A DNA stretch of 63,843 nucleotides, the filler included, from Chiloscyllium plagiosum (lineage: Eukaryota): NCBI RefSeq assembly GCF_004010195.1. It is 6 parts of one record of this genome, joined end to end, with 100 filler letters (N's around TTAATTAATTAA, not from the genome) between each part and the next. Parts side by side here need not be neighbours in the genome. Positions count along the whole stretch, not along the records: positions 18,248 to 33,673 come from NC_057717.1; positions 33,774 to 57,101 come from NC_057717.1; 4 more parts are not named here. One strand, written 5' to 3'. Every line of letters begins with the position of its first letter. Position 1 is the stretch's first letter. Both the position numbers and the translations under genes were made by a program. The notes beneath the pieces are model-generated. The model ran no database searches. It saw only the letters and a program-made list of their open reading frames with translations, and was not told where the DNA came from. Positions 26,358 through 39,534 of the stretch are shown here, one piece after another.

Positions 26358-26615
26358 CACATTGCTGCGGGTCTGGAGTCACATGTAGGCCAGACCTGTT
26401 AAGAATGGCAGATTACTTCCCTGAAGGATATTAGTGAATCTGATGGGTTTTTATTTTCGCAACAATCGACAATGGATTCATAGTCAACCACATTGCTGTG
26501 GGTCTGGAGTCACATGTAGGTCAGACCTGTTAAGAATGGCAGATTCCTTCCCTGAAGGATATTAGTGAATCGGATGGGTTTTTATTTTCGCAACAATCGA
26601 CAATGGATTCATAGT
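26358..26615 (+). repeat. 131-bp tandem duplication inside a SINE
   Basis: CACATTGCTG(C/T)GGGTCTGGAGTCACATGTAGG starts at 26358 and 26489. Confidence 0.9.
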
Positions 26616-26779
26616 CTTTCATAGATTCATAATTCCAAATTTTTATCGAATTCACATTCCACCATCTGCCGTGGCAGGATTCACACCCAGGGCTCTAGAA
26701 TGTTATCTGGGTATCTGGATTATCCGTTTAGCGAAAATATCACTAGGCCATTTGGCAGGGTGAGTGACTGAGGTATCCG

Positions 26780-27140
26780 TAGGACAGCACATCAGCACCA
26801 AAATTCCCGTGGTCTCTGCCGAACATAGAAAGGGCTGGGGAGGGAAATATATTCCTGGTGGTGGGGTCTGACTGTAGGTAGCAGAAATGGCAGAGGTTAA
26901 TGCGCTGTTTCTGGTGATAAGTGGGGTGGCAAGTGAGGACCGGTGGTTGGAGGGGTGGTGTAAAGGCGAAGGTGCAGGAAGTGGAGGATATGCATTGAAA
27001 GGCATTGTTGATCACGTGGAAGGGAGATATGGTCCTTGAAATAGGAAACCTTTCTGGGATGTCCTGGAGTGGAACTGCTTCTCCTGGGAGCAGATATGGC
27101 AGAGGCGGAGGAATTGGGAGTACAGGATCACGTTTTTACA
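26780..27140 (-). mobile_element. Penelope-like ORF fragment
   Basis: Minus strand PVLTCHP...CHFCYLQSDPTTRNIFPSPALSMFGRDH, matching the PLE RT-endonuclease linker (PLVLT(Y/F)HP...IFP.PP..AFRR); paralogous to ~36560-36720. Confidence 0.75.
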
Positions 27141-29019
27141 GGAATATACTCGAGGGTAATCAGGAGAGCAAAAAGGGGACATGACATATCTCTAGGAAAT
27201 AGTTTAAGGAGAATCCAAAGAGATTCTACAAATACATCAAGGATAAAAGAATAACCAGTCAGAGAATAGGACCCCTTAAAGATCAAAAAGGCCATCTATG
27301 TAACAACAGGAAATGGGAGAAATACTATGCTATTCTGTTCTAGAGAGTTTGGAGAAATAATAGTGATAACTTGAAAAGTGTCCATATTACAGAGGAGGTG
27401 GTACTGGATGTCTTACATTGTACCAAGCTGTATCCCAGAAATTTGTGGAAAGCTAGGAAAGTGATAGCAGTGCCCTTCCCTGAGATATTTATATCATCGT
27501 TTGTGACAGGTCAGGTGCTGGAAGACGTGTGCTATTATTTTATAAAGGTGGTAAGGAAAGGCCAGGGAGCAAGAGGACAGTCATCCTGATGTCAGTGGCA
27601 GGCAAGTTGTTGGAAGGGATTCTGAGGGATAGGATTTACATGTATTTGGAAAGATGAGGAATGATTAGTGATAGTCAACGTGGCTTTGTATGTGGGAAAT
27701 TCTCTCTCTAACTTGATTGAGTTTTTTTGAAGGCAGACTGTGGACGTTGTCTATATGGACACTGAACGATGTTCCACAAAGCAGACTGGTTCTCAAGGTT
27801 AGATAACATTGAATGTTGGGAGAACCAGACATTTGGATACAAAACTGGTTGAAGGTCGGCGGCAGAGGGTGGTGATGGAGGGTTGCTTTGTGGACTGGAG
27901 GCCGGTGAGCAGCAGTGTGCTGCAGGAATGGATATGGGGTCCTTAAATAAATGACTTGGATGTGAATATGAGGTATGGTCAGTAGGTTTACAGAAGACAC
28001 CAAAATTGGAGGTGTAGTGGACTGTGAAGAAGGTTANNNNNNNNNNNNNNNNNNNNNNNNNNNNNNNNNNNNNNNNNNNNNNNNNNNNNNNNNNNNNNNN
28101 NNNNNNNNNNNNNNNNNNNNNNNNNNNNNNNNNNNNNNNNNNNNNNNNNNNNNNNNNNNNNNNNNNNNNNNNNNNNNNNNNNNNNNNNNNNNNNNNNNNN
28201 NNNNNNNNNNNNNNNNNNNNNNNNNNNNNNNNNNNNNNNNNNNNNNNNNNNNNNNNNNNNNNNNNNNNNNNNNNNNNNNNNNNNNNNNNNNNNNNNNNNN
28301 NNNNNNNNNNNNNNNNNNNNNNNNNNNNNNNNNNNNNNNNNNNNNNNNNNNNNNNNNNNNNNNNNNNNNNNNNNNNNNNNNNNNNNNNNNNNNNNNNNNN
28401 NNNNNNNNNNNNNNNNNNNNNNNNNNNNNNNNNNNNNNNNNNNNNNNNNNNNNNNNNNNNNNNNNNNNNNNNNNNNNNNNNNNNNNNNNNNNNNNNNNNN
28501 NNNNNNNNNNNNNNNNNNNNNNNNNNNNNNNNNNNNNNNNNNNNNNNNNNNNNNNNNNNNNNNNNNNNNNNNNNNNNNNNNNNNNNNNNNNNNNNNNNNN
28601 NNNNNNNNNNNNNNNNNNNNNNNNNNNNNNNNNNNNNNNNNNNNNNNNNNNNNNNNNNNNNNNNNNNNNNNNNNNNNNNNNNNNNNNNNNNNNNNNNNNN
28701 NNNNNNNNNNNNNNNNNNNNNNNNNNNNNNNNNNNNNNNNNNNNNNNNNNNNNNNNNNNNNNNNNNNNNNNNNNNNNNNNNNNNNNNNNNNNNNNNNNNN
28801 NNNNNNNNNNNNNNNNNNNNNNNNNNNNNNNNNNNNNNNNNNNNNNNNNNNNNNNNNNNNNNNNNNNNNNNNNNNNNNNNNNNNNNNNNNNNNNNNNNNN
28901 NNNNNNNNNNNNNNNNNNNNNNNNNNNNNNNNNNNNNNNNNNNNNNNNNNNNNNNNNNNNNNNNNNNNNNNNNNNNNNNNNNNNNNNNNNNNNNNGTGCC
29001 ACCGTGCCGCCCAGGTGCA

Positions 29020-29550
29020 TTTCGACCAGGTGCAGATTTGTTTCCAAGGTATTTAATTTGCACAGAGAGAGGAATTGTTCACAACGTCACAATTTTAGTA
29101 ACTATTTTCAAGTAAATGGCAACTAATGCAGGGTGAATTTGTGAACATTATTTTATTCAGTAAATTCTGAGCATCTGGAACAATCTGAATGGCAGCTGGA
29201 CACAGATTCAGCAGTTATTCATAAACAGATTTGGAATTTTACTTTTTCAGCAAAGATTTGGGGGGCTATGGGCTATTGGGAGGAGAGTTGGGACAGATTT
29301 TCAGCATCTCCAGAAGGAGAGAGTATAGCCCCAATGAGCTGAATAGCCCCCAGCCCCATGCTCTGTGATACTGCCCCATTCACTGTGAATGATGAAGCTC
29401 ATCCCAGGGCAGAGAGGGAGAATACCACCACTCACCTCACAATGGGCCTCAGGTGATTGATGTCAGCACAGGCCAATAGGAGGCAGAGGGTGGGACTGGA
29501 GTACCAGCCAGTACCAGTTTGTCTTCCAACCAATCGGAGTGAATGAGGGT
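29020..29550 (+). repeat. Non-TE-looking segment duplicated at 34520-34902 plus 35290-35400, ending in a CCAAT-box cluster
   Basis: CTGTGATACTG(C/T)CCCATTCACTGTGAATGATGAAGCTCATC(C/A)CAGGGCAGAG shared; upstream TTCTGAGCATCTGGAACA shared. Confidence 0.8.
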
Positions 29551-31340
29551 ATCGTTAAGGCTGGAATTAAAGAAAGGCACATGTAGCAGAGATTTGAGAA
29601 ACTGGAGGAGATTAGAGATAGGCAGCGTTCGGTGGCTGGAGAGGAATTATATAAATAAGGAAGAGTTGTGAGGCTGGATGAGGTGACAGTGATCGGGAGA
29701 GTTGTGAGGATGGAGGAATTTGGAGATAGTGACAATTAGAGTCCTAATGTTATACAGCAAGGAAACAGGCCCTGTGGTCCAACCAATCCATGCCGACCAT
29801 ATTTCCAAACTGAACTAATTGTATCTGCCTCCGTTTGGTCCACATCCATCCAAATATTTCCGATTTACGTACTTAACTGAATGTATTTTAAATATTGTAA
29901 ATGTATTCACAACTACTACTTCCCCTGGAAGTTCATTCCACACGTGTAAATGTTTTTTTTTTAAATCCTAATGTCTTTTCTCAAATCTTTCTCATCTCTT
30001 CTCAAAATGAATGCACCCGAATTTTGAATCCCCCTCTCTTCCGGCCATTCACCTTTATCTACACTCTTCACGATTTCATAAACCTTTTAATAAGGTCACC
30101 CCTCACTTCCTATAACAGCACAACCAGAGCTGGGTTTAGAATTCCAGAAGAGGCCTCCCCAACATCCTGTACATCCTCAACATAACGTCCCAATTCCTGT
30201 ACTCAAAGGTGTGAACAATGAAGGTAAGTGTGCTTGAACACCTTCTTAACCACCCTGTGTACATGTAACAAAAACTTCAAAGACATGAAGCCCTTGGTCT
30301 CTTTGTTCAATATCACAACTCAAGGCCTTACTTTTAATGAGTGTAAGTCCTGCCTTCGTTTGTTTTATCAAGATGTAATATTTTGCATTTATTCCAATCC
30401 AAACATCCTTTGAGTATAAAGGCAGTAGGAGTATAATTAAGAGGGAAATCAGGAGGCAAAAATAGGACGTGAGATAGCTTTGGAAAATAGGTTTAAGGAT
30501 AATCCAAAGGGCTTTTATAAATGCATGAAGAACAAAAGGCTAACTAGGGGGAAAATATAGACCCTCAAAGATCAGCAAGGCAGCCATTGTGTGGAGCTGC
30601 AGGTGATGGGCGAGATAGGGAAACAAGTATTTTGCATCAGTATTTACTGTGAAGAAGTACATGGGAGAAATAAATGGTGACATCTTGATAAAAAATGTCC
30701 ATAGTACAGAGGAGGAGGAGGTGCTGGATGAGTGGCTAAGGAGCTGGTGCAGGGGAATAGGATTCACATTTTTGGATCATTGTGATCAACGCTGGAGTAG
30801 AGTTGACCTGCATAAGAAGGATAGATTGTACCTGAATTGGAAGGTGTCTAATATCGAGGCAGGGAGATTTGTTAATGCTATTCGGGAGGCAGTAAACCAG
30901 CGAGGAGTGGGTGTGATCGCAAATAGATAGTGAGAAAAGAGGTATCTCTGAGGCTGGTACAGCTCAGAAGGCAAATAGTCATTGCAGGCAAGGGCAAGTC
31001 TCAGAACAAGGTGGGATTTAGCAGTTGCACTGCATTTGTTTCAATGCAAGATGCCTGACAGGGAAGGCAAATGAGCTCAGGGTATGGTTTTAAACATGGC
31101 ACTGGGATACCATGGGTATTATAGAAACATGGCTCAGGGATGGAAAGGACTGGCAGTTTAATGTTTCCGGGTATAGATGCTATAGGAAGAATAGAAAGGA
31201 GGACAAGAGGAGGGGGAGTGGCATTTTTGATTAGGGACAGCATTATGGTTGTGCTTAGGGAGGACAATCCTGGGAGTACGTCCAGTGAAGTTATTTGGGT
31301 GGAACTGGGAAATAAGGAAGGGATGATCTCCTTATTGGGA

Positions 31341-31765
31341 TTGTCTGCGTGGGTTTTATCTGGGTGCTCTGGTTTCCTCCCACAGTGCAAAGATATGCTG
31401 GGTCTGTTCGATTATCCTGGCTGAATTGCCACAGTGTTCAGGGATGTGCAGGTTGGGTGGATTATCCAGGCTGAATTGCCCACAGTGTTCAGGAATGTGT
31501 AGTTGGGTGGATTATCCAGACTGAATTGCCCACAGTGTTCAGGGATGTGTAGGTTGGGTGGATTATCCAGGCTGAATTGCCTACAGTGTTCAGGGATATG
31601 TAGGTTGGGTGGATTATCCAGGCTGAATTGTCCATAATGTTCAGGAATGTGTAGGTTGGGTGGCCCTGGGAAATGCAACGTTACGGGGGAGGTCAGGTGG
31701 CTTTGAGGGTCAGTGTCGATGTGATGAGATGAATGGTCTTATTCCACACTGTCTGGATTCTCTGA
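31341..31765 (+). mobile_element. HE1/V-SINE-type SINE fragment with an internal ~51-bp x5 tandem array (31410-31660)
   Basis: TGTCTGCGTGGGTTT...GGGTGCTCTGGTTTCCTCCCACAG.CAAAGA V-domain; ATTATCC(A/T)G recurs at 31411, 31461, 31511, 31562, 31613. Confidence 0.85.
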
Positions 31766-34220
31766 TAATTCTCCTAGTTTTAAAATAGTTACAGAAAATA
31801 ATAGACCAGATCTAAAAGTTAAGGTTCTAAGTTAGACAAAGGCCAATTTTGACAGCACAAGGCAATCACTTTCAAAATTTGTTTGCGGGAGGTTATTCCC
31901 AGGGAAAGGGACGGCTGAAAAGTGGGAACAGGAGAACATAAGGAATAAGAGCAGGAGTAAGCCATCTGGCCCCTCAAGCCTGCTCTGCCATCCACAAGAT
32001 CAGGGCTGATCTTTTCATGGCCTCAGCTCCACATTCCTGCTCACTCACCATAGCCCTTTATTCCTTTCCTGTTCACATATCTACATTTTGCTTTAAAGGC
32101 ATTCAAGTTGATAACGTCAAATGCTGCACTCGGCAGGGAATTCCACAGATTTACAACCCTTCAGCTGAAGAAGCTCCGCCTGAACTCAGCCCTAAATCTG
32201 CTTCCCCTTATTTTGAGGTTATGATCTAGTTTCACCCGTCCTCAGTGGAAATAGTCTCCCTGCTTCTATCTTATCGATTCCCGTCATAATTTTAGTTTTT
32301 CCTCTCCAACCTCCAATTCTTCTGAATTACAATGTGTAGAACCAGTTTTCTCAATCTCTCCACATACACCAACCCTCTCAACTCCCAACTCAAACAAGTT
32401 TTCACCATTTCGTCATCAGTTTGCTGTTAGTCTGACCAAAATGGATATCTTCACATTTCCCAACATTGTCGTCCATCTGCCAGATCCTTACCCACTCACG
32501 TAACCGATCTGTATCCCTGAGCAGACTAGTGGCCTCTGCAGACATTGCTCTACCTCATCTTTGTATCAAATGTGAACTCTGACACCGTACACTTGGTCCT
32601 CAACTCCAAAACATTTGTGTAAATTATAAACAGTTGTAGTGCCAACAGTAGTCCAAACATCTATTTATCCCCATTCTTTGTTTTTTGTTGGTTAACCCAT
32701 CCTGTATCAATGATAATACATTACCCACAATGCCATGCATCTTTACCTTATACCGCAGCCTTTTTTGTGGCAATTTGTCGAATACCTTCTGGAAATCCAG
32801 ATACACCACATCCACCGAATCCCCCATGTCCAACGCGCTCGTCGTATCTTCAAACAATTCCAGTAAATGCGTTATACATGACCTGCCTTTCATGAATCCA
32901 TGCTGTGTCTGTTCAATGAGACAATTTCTACCCAAATATCTCACCACTACTTCCTTGAGAGATTCAAGCATTTTTTCCACTACAGAAGTTAAGCTAACGG
33001 GTCCTTTTTGTAAAATAGTGGCACCACATTTGCAGCTTCCAGTCTGTGAAATCCATCCCAGAATCCAATAAATTTTAGTATATTATTACGAGTTGTATTT
33101 ACTTTTTCCCTCCCCCCTCCCACCCCTGCCATCTCTTTTAGTCCCTGGGATGCATTCCATCAGGGCCAGGAGACCCATGTATCTTTAGACTGTTATCTTT
33201 CTCAACATTACCTGTTTACTGAGAATGATTGCTTCTCTGTCCTCATCTGCCATTGGCTCCATTGGCCTACGACGATGAGAGTACATAGACAGTATTTTCC
33301 TGCTAAAGCCAAGTCTGGTAGGTGTAGAGAATGCTGCCTGTCGAGAGAAATTGTGGGCCTGGTCAAGAAAATGAAGGAGGGATATGGCAGGTACAGACAG
33401 CTGGGTTTGAGTGACTCCCTAGAGGAGTGTAGGGGCAGTAGGAGTATACTCGAGGTAAACCACAAGGGCAAAAATGGGACATGAGATAGCTTTTAGGAAA
33501 TAGGTTCAAGGAGAATCCAAAGTGATTGTACAAATACACTAAGGACAAACGAGTAACCAGGCAGAGAACAGGTACCCGCAAAAATCATCAAGGCTGTCTG
33601 TGGAACCGCAGGAGGTGGTAGAGATTCTATATGAGATTCTTTTACTGAAAGTGGATGTGGCAGCTAGAGTTTTNNNNNNNNNNNNNNNNNNNNNNNNNNN
33701 NNNNNNNNNNNNNNNNNTTAATTAATTAANNNNNNNNNNNNNNNNNNNNNNNNNNNNNNNNNNNNNNNNNNNNGTGTTTTGTATTGAGTATAGGAGTTGT
33801 GACATTATTTTGGGGCTGTACAGGGCATTGATTCAGCTACTTCTCGAATTCTGCTTTCAGTCCTGGTCTCCCCGCTATAGGAATGATGTTGTGAAACTTG
33901 AAAGGATTCAGAAAAGATGCACAATGATGTTGCAAAGGGTTGAGAGTTTGAGATATAGGGAGAGGCTGAATTGGCTGGGCTGTTTTCCCTAGGGCATGGG
34001 ATGTTGAGAGGTGACCTCAGTGGTTGATACACTCGTGAGGGACATGGTTCGGGTGAACAGCCAGGGTCTTTTTCCCACGTTAGGTGGGTCTAAAACCAGA
34101 GAGCACAGGCTTAAGGTGTGAGGGAAAAGATTTAAAAGGGATGTGAGGGGCAATGTTTTCAAGCTGAACATGGTATGTGTATGGAATGAGTTGCCAGAGA
34201 AAGTGTGGAGGCTGGTACAA

Positions 34221-34293
34221 TTGCAACATTTAAAAGGCATCTGATTGGATATGTGATTGCAACATTTAAAAGGCATCTGATTGGATATGTGAT
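34221..34293 (+). repeat. Perfect 36-bp tandem duplication within a CR1 3' end
   Basis: TTGCAACATTTAAAAGGCATCTGATTGGATATGTGA at 34221 and 34257. Confidence 0.95.
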
Positions 34294-34902
34294 TAGGCAA
34301 GTTGGAGAAGGATATGAGCCAAGTCCTGGCAAATGGGATGAGATTAATTTAGGATATCTGGTGGGCATGGACAAGTTTAACCAAAGGGTCTGTTTCTATG
34401 CTCTAAATCTCTATGACACTAATAAATTAATATTAAAATGGGTTTCTCTTTTATGGAGAGTTAGCAGAAGGTCATAAAATTCTCCTTGGAGCTGAGAAGG
34501 TTGAGCAGTGATTTCAACGAGGAGCAGAATTGTTTCCAGGAAATTTAATTTACAGAGAGACAGCATGAGAAATTATTAACAATGTCACAATTTTTATGAA
34601 CTGGCAAGTAATGCAGGGTAAGAACGTGAAGATTATTTAACTCAGTAAGTTCTGAGCATCTGGAACAGTTTGATCGACAGCTGGATGCACATTGAGTAGT
34701 TATTGTCAAAACAAATTTGCAATTCTCCTTTTTAAAGGAAGGATTTGGAGGGCAAAATCCAAATGGAAGGTGAGTTGGGACTGACTGGCACCATCTCCAG
34801 AGGGAGAGTGTACAGCCCCATTAGGCTGAATAGACCGCAGCCCCTGTGTTCTGTGATACTGTCCCATTCACTGTGAATGATGAAGCTCATCACAGGGCAG
34901 AG

Positions 34903-35285
34903 CCATGGACATGTACAGCATGAAAACACACTGTTTGGTTAAACTGGTCGACGCCGACCAGATATCCCAACCTAATCTTGTCCCATTTGCCAACACTTGG
35001 CACATATCCCTCTACTCCCTTACTATTCATATACACATCCAGCTGCCAAATGGTATAATTGTACCAACCTCCTCCACTTCCCGAGATAAGATTCCTTCTA
35101 CGCACCAACTCCAGTGTGAACGAAATTGCCCCTCAGATCCATTTTAAGTCTTTCCCTTCTCATCTTAAACCTATGCCCTCTCGCTCTGGACTCCTCCATC
35201 CCAGGGAAGAGACCTTGTCTATTTATCCTATCCATGCCCCTCATGATTTAATAAACCTTTGAGGTCATCCCTCAGCCTCTGATGC
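34903..35285 (-). mobile_element. CR1 3' end inserted into the second copy of the duplicated segment
   Basis: Reverse-oriented CR1 3' region; flanks rejoin colinearly with 29400-29460. Confidence 0.8.
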
Positions 35286-35559
35286 ACCTGGGAGGATAAC
35301 GCCACTTATGTCACAATGGAGCCTGACTGATTGACACAGCTTCAGACCAATAGGACAGTTGGCGTGATCCTCCAGCCAATGGGAGTGAATGAGGGGTGGG
35401 ACCAGCGGGCCAACACCTGACCATGAGCTTTGCAAGCGCAGTGTCACTGTGAGGGGTCTCAGTGAGTGTGAAGGGACTGGGAGGGTTGATAAACACTGTT
35501 TCAGTCTGCTAGACCTGAAAAAAAATACTCGGGGTAAATTAAAACCAAAAGAACTGCGG

Positions 35560-37352
35560 ACGCTGTAAATCTCACACAACAACCAGAAGGTACTGGAAAA
35601 GCTCAGCAGATCTGACAGCATCTGTGAAGAGAAATCAGTTTGCATTTTGGATCCGGTGACCCTACCTCAGGTACTGATATTACTGAGAAAAAACTATTGG
35701 TTTATATCGAGAAGTTAGGGGTTAAGGAGTAAATGATATGTGGGGATAGAGTCGAGAGAGAGAGGAGCAGTTGGACAAAGGAGTGGATATCAACCAGGCT
35801 TGGGGAGGGTGATTAGCTGTTTATGGGGACTGTTAGTGGTTATCATAGGTAGTGTGTAATAGCAGGCTATGTAATAACAAGGCCTGTATGTGAGGTAGGG
35901 GGCAAAGACACTAGAACGTGGGAGAGTTCAGGACCTAAAATTACTGAATTCGATGTTGAAGACAGAGGATTGCAGCGACCCGAGTGGGAGATTAGGTGTT
36001 GTTCTTCCAGCTTTGTTAAAGTGTGGCGCTGGAAAAGCACAGCAGGTCAGGCAGCATCCAAAGAGCAGGAGAATCGACATATTGGGCATATAAGCACTTC
36101 ATCAGAAATGTGGGAGTGGCGGGAAGCGGGCTGAGAGATAAATAGGAGGAAACCTTGATGCCATGTGGTTGATAAGTCCCAAGGTAGAAGATGAGGTGTT
36201 CTTCCTCCAGGTGTTGGGTGGCTCAGATTTGGAGGTGGATGACACCCAGGAATAGCATGTCCTTGGCAGCGTGGCGGCGGAGGGGGGTAGCTGAAGTGGT
36301 TGGCCACAGGGCAGTGGTTGGTTGGTGCATGTTCCCTGAAATATTCCACAAGTTGGCGTCCTGACTCCCCACTGTAGAGGAGACCACATCGAGAGCAAAG
36401 GACACAAAAACTGAGGTGTTATTGGATGTGCAGCAAAATCTCTGCTGGATGTGGGAGGATCCTGTAGTGCCTTGGATGGAGTTGAGGTGGGAGGTGTGGG
36501 CACAGATGGCAAGTGAAGGTGCTGGGAGTGGAGGATAGTTTGGTGGGTTGCATGGATCTAATGAGGAAGTCACAGAGGGAATGGTCTCTGGAATGCTGAA
36601 AGGGGTGGGGAGGGAAATATATCTCTGGTGGTGAGGTCTGATTGTAGGTGGTGGAAATGGCAGACGATGATGCATTGTATCTGGGTGGAAGGTGAGGACT
36701 AGGGGGATTCCACCTTGTTGCAGTTGGAGGTGTGGGTGCCAAGGGCAGTGGTTTGGGAAGTGGAGGAGATACACGGGCGGGGAAATTGCAGTCCTTGAAA
36801 TCGGAGGCCATTTGGTATGTTATGGAGTGTTCTGCCAGCTTGCATCAAGCTTCACTGGAACACTGCAGTAAGCATGAGACAGAGATGTTGGCCTGGGAAC
36901 AGTCTTGTGTGTTAAAGTGGCGGGCAACTGGATGCTACGGGTCTTTTTTTCAACAGAACATAGATCATCAGCCGCCTTTTCCAACACCGCTACTGAGATG
37001 CTACCAGGTTCCTGTCTCCTCCATTAACAGCTTTCCGCCCTCCCAGCCGGATCGTTATCCACTCTTTTGTCTTTCCAAATGTTCCAGTCTCTCTTTGGGC
37101 TCTGTACCCACCTATTATTTACTCTTTAACCTCTATCTCCTGTAGTCCAAAGATGTGCAGATTAGGAGAATTGGACCAGCTAAATTTCCCATAGTGTTCA
37201 GGGATGTGCATTAGTCCGGGGAAATGGTGAGTAATAGGGTAGGGGAATGGGTCTGGGTGGGTGTGAAATTGTTGGGCCGAAGGGCCTGTTTCCTGTGGGG
37301 ATTCTAATTTTCCCAGCTGTCATTGGTTCTGAGGAAGGGTCACTGGACTCTT
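35560..37352. mobile_element. Nested PLE complex: outer PLE with inverted terminal segments, inner PLE fragment (36015-36827 -), HE1 SINE piece (37141-37310 +)
   Basis: Inner GIPLVLTFHP and HIQQRFCCTSNN-type PLE motifs. 35700-35850 is the reverse complement of ~36990-37140, and 35650-35690 of ~37310-37350 (CTGAGGAAGGGTCACTGGA). Confidence 0.7.
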
Positions 37353-38629
37353 AATGACCCTTGGTGTGTGCAGGAGGAGGAAACGGGAAAGGGGAGAGTG
37401 GCAGCAGAAACAGGATGAAATGTATCAGTGTAGACTGGGAGGGTTAAGTTACACTCTGTGCAGGTCGTTAGTCTCAATTAGAAACTCCTGGTCCCACGTT
37501 TGCAGCAAAGTGGATGATGGCTTGGGCGTCAGGCAGTGAGAGGTGCTGGGTTATGCCCGCCATCATTATCTGGGGCCAAGGTACAGCAAGGAGTATGCAC
37601 GTGTCCTCTTCCTGGGTGGGGGCGGTGCGATTTGAAGAGGAACATCCAATACATACCAAAAGAAGTGTTTGCCTTCACTATTCATCTTGCACTGACTGTG
37701 AGCTTTGTTTTGTGAATTCATTTTATAAGATCTTAATTGAGAATAATTGAGACTGGGATCTCAAAAGCAAGTTTCTACAGTCCACAGAGTCATCACGATC
37801 TGAATATCATTGGCATTTAACTGTGAAAGGAGAAAGGTTTGTCTGTTCTGTCTGTGGGAAAATATCTTCAATATTTTTGTCAAGCAAAAAGCAGAAAGAT
37901 GTTCAAGTCCATGGTTGGATAACCCTTTGGGTATGTGTTTAATTCTTGGCCCTGTAGCTGTGGAAGGAGGTATTGGCCTGAGAGAGAGCACAGATTTATC
38001 CATATTATACCTTGTCTCTTTGCAGGAACTGTCAAATTTAGTCCCAATCATCCCAACCTGTAAACTACCTACTTCCAATTCTCTGCAAACTTCTCATTGA
38101 AATTCCTTGTGGACTCAAATTCCAGCACCATTTCGGGTGGGATGTTCCCGATTCTGACAACTGTCTGTTCATTCAGAAACTGCTGAAGTCCATTTTGATT
38201 CTGGGGTTACAAAGGGCTGAATTGAAAGATGAGATGCTTTCCTGAGCTCCCATTGAGATGCATTGGAACAGTACAGAAGGCTGAGGGCAGTGTAAGTTGA
38301 GCAGACAATGAAAATGACAGGGCTGCACTGTGAGGGCTGCTTGGATCAATGAGAGTGTTTTGGAGTTGGATGTAAACAAAGTGAGATGAGACAGGGAGAA
38401 GGTGAAGCTGAAACTCCGTTTTACTTCAGGCCTTTCAGAAATTCACAGTCCCAATGGGAATAGCCAATTTGTCGGTGATACCTGCGGAGTATTTAAGTTT
38501 TTAAAAGTACGACATATCAGTAGGAAGTAATTTTTTTATTATAATGGGCATGTTTGAAGTGAAGGAAGGTTGCTCACTCATTTAAATTCTCTTAATGGGA
38601 GTAACTAGATGAATGTAGTGAGATGTTGT

Positions 38630-39260
38630 TACAGGAGCCCTCAGACCTGTGGTGTGCTCCTCTTGCACAATGTGGGACATAAGGGACGCTTCCAGTGTCC
38701 GTGACGGTATGTGTGCAGGCAGTGTGCCCATCTGTAGCTACTGGGAAACTGTTTTTCAGACCTGTGGTGTGCTCCTCTTGCACAATGTGGGACATAAGGG
38801 ACGCTTCCAGTGTCCGTGACGGTTATGTGTGCAGGCAGTGTGCCCATCTGTAGCTACTGGGAAACTGTTATTCAGACCTGGAGCTGAGAGTGGACTCACT
38901 GTGGAGCAGTGAGAGAATGTTATGGACAGCATGGTTAGTGAGTTAGTCACACTGCAGGTGAGGGTTACACAGGCAGAAAGGGTATGGGTGACCATCAGAT
39001 CAAGTAAAAGGCTCAGGAAGGGAGTGCAGGACTCCCCAGTGATCATTCCCCTTCTCAAACAGATACTGTGCACCGCTTGGGATTCTATAAGGGGTGGGAG
39101 GGGTGGGGTGGCCTCTCAGGGGAAATCAACAGCCAGATTCATGACACTACAGATAGCTCCGCTGCACAGAATGGGAGGATGGAGAATGGCACAGCTATAG
39201 TGACAGGGGATCCACTAGTCAGTGTCAGAGACAAGCGCGCCTGTGGCCACAGACATGAAC
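38630..39260 (+). mobile_element. CR1 ORF1 fragment (Cys-rich N-terminus, SGNH-esterase start) with a 115-bp tandem duplication (38641-38871)
   Basis: CSSCTMWD...VCRQC, then AIVTGDPLV..RDKRACG (cf. AIVIGDS.VRG.DRRFCG); TCAGACCTGTGGTGTGC starts at 38641 and 38756. Confidence 0.8.
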
Positions 39261-39534
39261 CCAGGACAGTGGAATTGAACCCAGGTCCATTTATTGATAA
39301 GTGCACAGACCAATTTACGGTCCGCCTCCCAAATGCAACCTTCAGGACTTGATCACCGTGAAACACTACTTTCCAGGAACTGTGCAGTTGTTCTGAGCCC
39401 TTCAGAGGGATTGAAGGGGATGAGGAGAAAACAGGAACAGGGTTGTGTTGTAGATCTACAAACTAACCGTCACCCTCCACTCTCGGTCTCCCCCCTCTGT
39501 CTCCCATCACCCATCGTGCCTCCTCCCTCACCGC

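Larger units (their letters stand above)
25530..28037 (+). mobile_element. Fragmented CR1 (ORF1 esterase end, endonuclease, RT) interrupted by SINE and PLE pieces
   Basis: FILLDHWNLLWGRIDLHQKDGLY (ORF1), CIYFNAGG (ORF2 start), SQRGFVCGK, MVSRFTEDTKIGGVVDCEEG. Confidence 0.75.
29735..34420. mobile_element. Mosaic of CR1 fragments (29735-30410 -, 30410-31340 +, 31930-33230 -, 33270-34420 +)
   Basis: TQHGFMKGRSCITHLLELFE...VYLDFQKVFDKLP (32624-32980 -); GFTFLDHCDQRWSRVDLHKKDRLYLN (ORF1); LYRALIQLLLEFCFQSWSPRYR (33774 +). Confidence 0.85.

Noticed and set aside
27708..29126. Long ORFs of 337-451 aa (similarly at 6.7, 24 and 45 kb)
   Set aside because: Composed of X residues from N gaps.
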